A stretch of 64,000 nt of DNA, taken from NCBI GenBank assembly GCA_947495975.1, contig CANMBE010000004.1, positions 78,380 through 142,379 of the forward strand, given 5' to 3'. The translations under genes and the position numbers were made by a program. Under the pieces are notes generated by a model, which worked only from the letters and a program-made list of their open reading frames with translations, was not told the origin of the DNA and made no database searches. Of the stretch, positions 57,761 through 64,000 are shown piece after piece (position 1 is the first letter of the stretch; each line of letters opens with the position of its first letter). The DNA comes from Ignavibacteria bacterium (GTDB taxonomy: Bacteria > Bacteroidota > Ignavibacteria > Kapaibacteriales > Kapaibacteriaceae).

Positions 57761-59620
57761 ATGTATTTACGTCAAACGGCCATCGTGTCACAACCAAGCG
57801 ATTATACAGTTCGACAACTCGTGAAGAAGATCTTTCCATTCGTGAAACCGTTTTGGAAACTCATTGTCTTCTCCACTATTGCCAACTTGCTCTTCTCAGG
57901 TGCGAATGCACTTGTACTTGCCATTGTAGAGCCCGTGTTTCGCACGCTCTTTGATGGCACAACACCAACGATTGCTGCCAATCCGATAGTTTCAGCAGGT
58001 CTAAAGGCTCAGTTTGACGGAGTTGTTTCGTCAATCATCGTTGCACAAGACTACTACGACTCCATTCGTAACATTAGCATTGTGATCTTCGTGCTCTTTG
58101 TGATACGCGGAATGATGAAGTACCTTGGTAACATCATTTCTACGCGCCTCGAAGAGGGCATTATGAAGAGAATTAGAGACACACTCTTCACGCACGTCAC
58201 GGAACAATCAATCGACTTCTTCTCTCGACGCAAGTCGGGAGATATTATATCGCTTCTTACCAATGATGTGGGCGTACTCAACCATGCAACGGTAAACTCA
58301 GTTACAACGCTTTGGCGCGAAGCTTCAACACTTGTCATCTTTGTTGTTCTGCTGCTGCTGATAAGTGTCAAGCTCACGGTAATATCTGTAGGCATTGCGC
58401 TTGCCGGCATGATTCTTATCCGATCCTTCACTCGCATGCTTCGCACGTATGGTAGCCGTCTACAGGCGGCGCAGGCAGACTACACGTCAACGCTGCAAGA
58501 GACCATCCTTGGCATTCGCGTTGTAAAGGGCATGGGCGTTGAGCCACACGTTGTAAAACGATTCACGAGTCAGACAGCTTCTTATGTGCAGCGCGCACTT
58601 CGCAATACACGCGTTATGGGGCTTATCCCCGTGGTCAATGATTCATTTGGCATACTTGCACTCGTCTGTGTCTTCTATGTTGGCGGAGTTGAGCGAGCCA
58701 ATGGCGCAATTACTCCATCCAACCTTGTGACGTTCTTGTTTGTCCTGTTTGGTTTAATGCAACCTATTGGGGTGATTGCAAACACTCTTGCACAGATGCA
58801 GCGCGGCATTGCCGCAGGTGCAAACGTTGCTGTTGTGCTTGACGAACAGCCACTGATCATATCTGGCGAACGCAGTGTTGAGCCCCTTGCCCCACAGATT
58901 TCAATGCGTAACGTTAGCTTTACCTACGGAGCACACGATGTGTTGTCAGACGTGTCATTTACGATACACAAAGGAGAGACCGTTGCGCTTGTTGGATCAT
59001 CAGGCAGTGGCAAGTCTACGATTCTTGACCTTCTTTTGCGTTTCTACGATCCACAATCTGGACATATTGAGCTAGATGGTGTTGATGTTCGAACATTGGA
59101 TCTACAATCGTACCGACATCTTTTTGGTGTTGTTTCTCAAGAGACAATTCTCTTTAACGATTCCGTTAGCAACAATATTAGTCTTGGCGATGAAAATGCA
59201 GACGAGGCACGAGTTAAGCGCGTTGCCACAATTGCCCATGCGCACGAGTTTATCTCATCAATGAAGAGCGGCTATGAGACTGAGGTCGGAGATCGTGGGA
59301 TGCGCTTATCGGGTGGACAACGCCAGCGTATCGCTATTGCTCGTGCACTTTACCGAGAACCACAGATTCTCCTGTTTGATGAAGCTACCTCTGCACTTGA
59401 CACTGAATCTGAACGTATGGTTCAGGAAGCAATTGATGATGTGTTGACCAATAGAACTGCGGTGATTGTTGCTCACAGGCTTTCAACAATCGTCAATGCT
59501 GATCGCATTATTGTCTTTGACAAAGGGAAAATTGCTGAAGAAGGCACACATGCCCAGCTTCTTGCGCACGGCGGAGTCTATGCTCGTCTTCATTCACTCC
59601 AGTTTGCAAGCGCTACGTAA
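57761..59620 (+). CDS. ABC exporter, fused TMD-NBD (MsbA-like)
   Basis: TM domain; GSSGSGKS, LSGGQRQR, FDEATSALD, AHRLST. Confidence 0.92.
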   Translation: MYLRQTAIVSQPSDYTVRQLVKKIFPFVKPFWKLIVFSTIANLLFSGANALVLAIVEPVFRTLFDGTTPTIAANPIVSAGLKAQFDGVVSSIIVAQDYYDSIRNISIVIFVLFVIRGMMKYLGNIISTRLEEGIMKRIRDTLFTHVTEQSIDFFSRRKSGDIISLLTNDVGVLNHATVNSVTTLWREASTLVIFVVLLLLISVKLTVISVGIALAGMILIRSFTRMLRTYGSRLQAAQADYTSTLQETILGIRVVKGMGVEPHVVKRFTSQTASYVQRALRNTRVMGLIPVVNDSFGILALVCVFYVGGVERANGAITPSNLVTFLFVLFGLMQPIGVIANTLAQMQRGIAAGANVAVVLDEQPLIISGERSVEPLAPQISMRNVSFTYGAHDVLSDVSFTIHKGETVALVGSSGSGKSTILDLLLRFYDPQSGHIELDGVDVRTLDLQSYRHLFGVVSQETILFNDSVSNNISLGDENADEARVKRVATIAHAHEFISSMKSGYETEVGDRGMRLSGGQRQRIAIARALYREPQILLFDEATSALDTESERMVQEAIDDVLTNRTAVIVAHRLSTIVNADRIIVFDKGKIAEEGTHAQLLAHGGVYARLHSLQFASAT

Positions 59621-59644
59621 CAGCTACTCACTCACGACGCAAGT

Positions 59645-60673
59645 CTATGGCACGATGTAGATGGCGCGCGGTGAAAAGCTGATGATAAGAATGGCTATTG
59701 CGATCCAGCCCACGATGCGGCGTCCGCTGGACAACTCAGTGGTATCGGCAATCTCCGGGTGATCTGTCTTAATCACGAAACGAACAATGATCATCCAGAA
59801 TATCCACAGCTCTCCCATCTGATAGAGCCACGGTGCTCTATCAATAGCACGACCCAAGAGAGGATCGAAAGAGTTCTGCATCCACATTATCCACGTATCT
59901 GCATACGAGTCCGCTAGCAGGACGTGCACGAGATTCAACATCGAGAGAATCGCAAAGAAGAAGAGGATCCACCACAGTCCACGAGCAATTGCGTGTTGCT
60001 TCTTACCAAGCAGTGCATACAAGACATGCCCGCCGTCGAGTTGTCCAAACGGCAACATATTGAGTGCCGTAACAAACAGCCCAAACCAGCCCACACATAA
60101 GAATGGATAGTGATACATTTCATTCATGGGTGGGAGCGTAACCCACCCAGAGAATGCCCAACGCAGTCCGCTAAAGAGCAGTGTATCGCCAAACGTCATG
60201 CCATTTGTTGGAATCTCCGTCATCGCTGCATAGTTGGGATGCATGGCATAAAGAAACTCAGGTCCGGGCAGAGTTACGATTCCAACGATAAGAATTACGA
60301 GACAAACAACAAACCCAGCTAGAGGTCCAGATACACCAATATCAAAAAGTACATTGCGTGTTTGCAGAGGCGACTTTGTACGAATCACTGCGCCAAAAGT
60401 GCCAAAAGGCATAAACGTTGATGGCACTGGTATGAAGTATGGCAGCGTTGCGTCTACACCATGCCATCGTGCTGCAAAGTAGTGCCCAAACTCATGCGAA
60501 GCCAGAAACAACATCACGAGTATAGCATAGGTCAGACCAAATGTCCAATTCTCTATGACGAATGGATCCTTCATCAACCACTGAGCACCGGCCATCATAC
60601 ACGTTACGAACGTAGCAACGAATAACCCTGAATGTACCGCGATCTGCCTAAGCCCAATCCCTGTGTTCGCCAC
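59645..60673 (-). CDS. Site-2 protease (M50) family
   Basis: HEFGH and NMLPFGQLDGGH; multiple TM helices. Confidence 0.93.
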   Translation of the reverse strand: MANTGIGLRQIAVHSGLFVATFVTCMMAGAQWLMKDPFVIENWTFGLTYAILVMLFLASHEFGHYFAARWHGVDATLPYFIPVPSTFMPFGTFGAVIRTKSPLQTRNVLFDIGVSGPLAGFVVCLVILIVGIVTLPGPEFLYAMHPNYAAMTEIPTNGMTFGDTLLFSGLRWAFSGWVTLPPMNEMYHYPFLCVGWFGLFVTALNMLPFGQLDGGHVLYALLGKKQHAIARGLWWILFFFAILSMLNLVHVLLADSYADTWIMWMQNSFDPLLGRAIDRAPWLYQMGELWIFWMIIVRFVIKTDHPEIADTTELSSGRRIVGWIAIAILIISFSPRAIYIVP

Positions 60674-60676
60674 TGG

Positions 60677-62212
60677 CTATTCTCCACTTTCAGCGGTGTT
60701 TGACGCACTCTTTTCGGGACGCATTTGTGGGAAGAAGAGTACGTCTCTAATAGAGTCGTTATTCGTGAGCAACATCACCAAGCGATCAATACCTACGCCA
60801 AGACCCGCAGTTGGTGGCAGGCCAACTTCAATTGCATGCAAGAAATCTTCATCCACAACCATGGCTTCATCATCACCGTCGGCACGTATTTGCGCTTGAT
60901 CTTCTAGCCTCGCACGTTGATCCAGCGGGTCATTTAATTCAGAAAAAGCATTAGCTATTTCTTTGCCCATAACGAAGAGCTCAAAGCGTTCTACGAGCCC
61001 CTTTTCAATTCGGTGTGCCTTGGCAAGTGGCGACATCTCAACCGGATAGTCCATTACAAATGTTGGCTGAATCAAATGCGGCTGCACAAGCACGCTGAAT
61101 ATCTCGTCAAGAATTTTCATTGCGCTTGCCGTTGAATCCACACCAACGTTAAGCTCTCGCGCAGTTGCAAGCAATTGTTCGCGTGATAAACCCCGCAAAT
61201 TTTTTCCAGTATGCTCATCAAACAAATCAAACATACGCGCGCGCGCGAACGGTAGCGCAAATGAGAGTGCAGTACCTTGGTATTCCACCTCCACGCTAGA
61301 ACAGACCTCTGTTACAATTGAATGCAGCATCTCTTCGGTCATCTCCATCATCCAGATGTAGTCCTTGTACGCTACATAGATCTCCATTGCCGTGTATTCT
61401 GGATTATGAGTCTTATCCATTCCCTCATTGCGGAAGTTCTTGGAGATCTCGTACACACCTTCAAAGCCACCAACGATCAGACGCTTTAGATACAACTCGT
61501 CTGCAATTCGCAAATAGAGCTCAACATCCAATGCGTTATGATGCGTTACAAAGGGGCGTGCCGTGGCGCCACCATAGATCGGTTGTAAGATTGGTGTTTC
61601 AACTTCTAGCCAGCCACGGTCATCGAAGAACCGACGCATGGATGAAATGATGCGGGCTCGCTTGATAAAGGTGTCCTTTATCTGCGGGTTTGCGATCAGA
61701 TCAAGGTAGCGCCTGCGATAACGTTGCTCCTTATCAGCAATGGCATCATACCTCACAACGGTTCCATCTTCCGCCACTTCTTCCTTACCCACTGGGATTG
61801 GCGTGATACATTTGGTCAGGAGCGTAAGCGTGCGTGCGTGCAGACTAATCTCACCCATGCGGGTGCGGAACACAAAGCCTTCAACGCCAATGATATCACC
61901 AATGTCGAAAAGACGGAAGTTCTCATACACATCACCGAGATCGTCTTTCTTGAGGTAGATCTGGATTCGCCCCGTTACATCCTGTATGTGACAGAATGTT
62001 GCCTTACCCATCTTACGCATAGCCATGATTCGTCCGGCCACGGACACCGAGGCTAACACATCTGGGCTTTCATCAGAAAACGTGGACAGAATGTGCTGCG
62101 CATGATGTGTGCGATCAAAAGACGCTGGGAACGGCTCTATACCAAGGGTGCGGAGTTCGTGAAGTTCTTCGATGCGGTGCAATTCTTGGTCGTTACGCGA
62201 AACAGAAGACAT
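60677..62212 (-). CDS. lysS: Lysine--tRNA ligase (class II)
   Basis: [31 protein letters not shown]. Confidence 0.97.
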   Translation of the reverse strand: MSSVSRNDQELHRIEELHELRTLGIEPFPASFDRTHHAQHILSTFSDESPDVLASVSVAGRIMAMRKMGKATFCHIQDVTGRIQIYLKKDDLGDVYENFRLFDIGDIIGVEGFVFRTRMGEISLHARTLTLLTKCITPIPVGKEEVAEDGTVVRYDAIADKEQRYRRRYLDLIANPQIKDTFIKRARIISSMRRFFDDRGWLEVETPILQPIYGGATARPFVTHHNALDVELYLRIADELYLKRLIVGGFEGVYEISKNFRNEGMDKTHNPEYTAMEIYVAYKDYIWMMEMTEEMLHSIVTEVCSSVEVEYQGTALSFALPFARARMFDLFDEHTGKNLRGLSREQLLATARELNVGVDSTASAMKILDEIFSVLVQPHLIQPTFVMDYPVEMSPLAKAHRIEKGLVERFELFVMGKEIANAFSELNDPLDQRARLEDQAQIRADGDDEAMVVDEDFLHAIEVGLPPTAGLGVGIDRLVMLLTNNDSIRDVLFFPQMRPEKSASNTAESGE

Positions 62213-62249
62213 GGAAGATAGATCCTTGCGTGATAGCTGTTATAAACAG

Positions 62250-62257
62250 CAAAGATA
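62250..62257 (-). promoter_or_regulatory. -7 promoter element (TAtcTTTG) for lysS
   Basis: Exact match 37 nt upstream of the ATG. Confidence 0.55.
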
Positions 62258-62391
62258 ACCTAACGTGGAGTTTCATGAACGTTCTCTATTCTGCACCATA
62301 GTGGTAAAAAGAGAAACAGGTAGGACCGATGAAGAACTGCGTGCGGAGGTCAAAGAAGAAGATGGAACGGCAAATGCACCAACGCCTAACG

Positions 62392-63174
62392 TTATCTGTT
62401 CTGTGATTTTCGCTGGGATCTCGCCTCGAACAAGACGATGCCAGCAGCAACCGACGCATTGAGTGAGGCTACGTTACCCATCATTGGGATTTCCACGAGC
62501 ACATCGCATACGGCCTGCACACTGGGGTGTAGGCCCTCCCCTTCGTTGCCGATGACAATCACAATAGGTCCGGCATAGATGTCATCTGTGTACACGGCAG
62601 TAGCTGGTACCGAGGTGCCTATGATGCGCCATCCCAGAGACTTGCAATACTTCAACGCCTCAGATACACGCGCCACCTTGGCAACCGGCAGATGTTCAAG
62701 GGCACCAGCTGAGGCCTTTACTGCAACAGGTGTTACTGGTGCACTAAATTTAATTGGAAGAATCATCCCAAACGCACCGGAACCTTCAACGCTACGTGCA
62801 ATGGCTCCAAGATTGTGTGGGTCTGTTATACCATCGAGCACAACAACAATAGGATCTGCAGACGTCTCGCGAGCCACCTTCAAAAGTGTTTCGAGCGTCA
62901 CAGGATCTTTAACTGGTCTAATTGCTATTACACCCTGAGCATCATTCGGAGCAAGACCAAGCTGCTTTTCGAGCACCTGAAACTTTCTGCGGTCCATGAT
63001 GCTACATTGCACACCGGCTCGTGATGCGGCCGCTCTGATCTGTGCAATGGGACCTGCATCATCGTTTCCAAAGGCAAGAAAGATTTTTTCTACAGGAGTT
63101 TGTGCATCAATGGCCTCAACGATTGCGCGACGTCCTACGATGTATCGTTCTGAATCAATTTCTGATGAGCTCAC
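62392..63174 (-). CDS. rlmB: 23S rRNA Gm2251 2'-O-methyltransferase (start probably GTG 63174)
   Basis: LDGITDPHNLGAIARS, KASAGA, GNEGEG, SLNASVA. Confidence 0.92.
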   Translation of the reverse strand: MSSSEIDSERYIVGRRAIVEAIDAQTPVEKIFLAFGNDDAGPIAQIRAAASRAGVQCSIMDRRKFQVLEKQLGLAPNDAQGVIAIRPVKDPVTLETLLKVARETSADPIVVVLDGITDPHNLGAIARSVEGSGAFGMILPIKFSAPVTPVAVKASAGALEHLPVAKVARVSEALKYCKSLGWRIIGTSVPATAVYTDDIYAGPIVIVIGNEGEGLHPSVQAVCDVLVEIPMMGNVASLNASVAAGIVLFEARSQRKSQNR

Positions 63175-64000
63175 TTCATGCCTTCCAATATTTCGGCTAA
63201 TGTAGAACCTAAGAATGCGACATCGGCAAATGAGGTATAGAGCGGAGCAGGCGCTAGGCGAATCACGTTTGGAGTTCTCCAATCCACAACGATTCCGCGA
63301 GCGATGAGCGCTTCGTAAACTTCTTTACCATTTCGCTCAAAAAGTATGCTGAGTTGGGCGCCACGGTCAGAACGTGTTGCAGGGGTAATAATCCGTATCC
63401 ACGAGCGCGTGCCAATCGCATTCGATATCACCTGTTCAGCAAACCCCGTAAGCTCATCGCGCTTGGCACCAATGCGATCCAACCCGGCCTCCATGAATGT
63501 CTCTAGAGAAGCACGCAATACCGCCATTTGCAAAACCTGGGCATTTGAGAGCTGCCAACCATCTGCGCCAAATGTTGGCTCAAACTGATGCTCCATGGCA
63601 AAACGAGTTGTTTCGTTGTTCCCCCACCATCCTGCGAGACGGGGTAGATCTGCATTGTCAGCATATCGCTCGTGTACAAAAAGTCCGCCAACGGCTCCTG
63701 GTCCACCGTTTAAGTATTTGTATGAGCACCATACTGCAAAGTCCACATCCCATTCGTGCAGAGAAAGCTCAACGTTGCCTATTGCATGGGCAAGATCGAA
63801 TCCTACCATTGCACCAACATTATGAGCTGCCTTCGCAATCTCAGCCATATCAAAGCGTTGTCCGCTAAAAAAATGTACACCACTAAAGAGCACAAGAGCC
63901 ACACTTGAACCATGTTCATTCACTGCATCAACGATCTGCTGTGTAGAGAGTGAATCAGCCCCTGTGAGCGGCTGAATTTCAATCATACTTTCAGTTGGAT
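63171..64000 (-). CDS. kynU: Kynureninase, C-terminal part (5' end outside window)
   Basis: FDLAHAIGN, WCSYKYLNGGPG, RLAGWWG, RGAQLS, APLY. Confidence 0.95.
   Translation of the reverse strand, partial: PTESMIEIQPLTGADSLSTQQIVDAVNEHGSSVALVLFSGVHFFSGQRFDMAEIAKAAHNVGAMVGFDLAHAIGNVELSLHEWDVDFAVWCSYKYLNGGPGAVGGLFVHERYADNADLPRLAGWWGNNETTRFAMEHQFEPTFGADGWQLSNAQVLQMAVLRASLETFMEAGLDRIGAKRDELTGFAEQVISNAIGTRSWIRIITPATRSDRGAQLSILFERNGKEVYEALIARGIVVDWRTPNVIRLAPAPLYTSFADVAFLGSTLAEILEGMK

Noticed and set aside
62265..62462. Charged 65-aa ORF (+) in the rlmB-lysS gap
   Set aside because: GTG start, antisense overlap with rlmB, no recognisable motif; may just reflect a pyrimidine-rich tract on the - strand

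Overview
Gene-dense chromosomal window, mostly housekeeping genes, from a Bacteroidota/Chlorobiota-related bacterium. The lineage call is an inference from TAnnTTTG-type promoters, T9SS-style cargo proteins and gene content; a Kapabacteria/Ignavibacteria-like organism is plausible. It carries about 55 CDS (kpsF, purN, metH, trmO, lipA, scpAB, alr, hppD, GDH, cysteine desulfurase, secA, thyX, dtd, sucB-like E2, rpsF-rplI, rlmD, corA, lysS, rlmB, kynU and others), the RNase P RNA, an rpsF (S6:S18) leader and several terminators. I saw no tRNA, rRNA, CRISPR array or mobile element. The standout is a tightly coupled 9-gene operon at 33900-42142 (- strand): putative CMP-ulosonate transferase, SpsF-like cytidylyltransferase, split transketolase-like ThDP enzyme, class III aminotransferase, SDR, short NeuB-type synthase, fatty-acid hydroxylase/sterol desaturase and metallophosphoesterase. 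By eye, the ThDP enzyme has lost its sugar-hydroxyl and phosphate-binding residues. The operon has none of the usual Neu/Pse/Leg precursor genes and is a candidate undescribed pathway for a sialic-acid-like glycolipid or an unusual ulosonate. All alignments were done by eye and no database searches were run.
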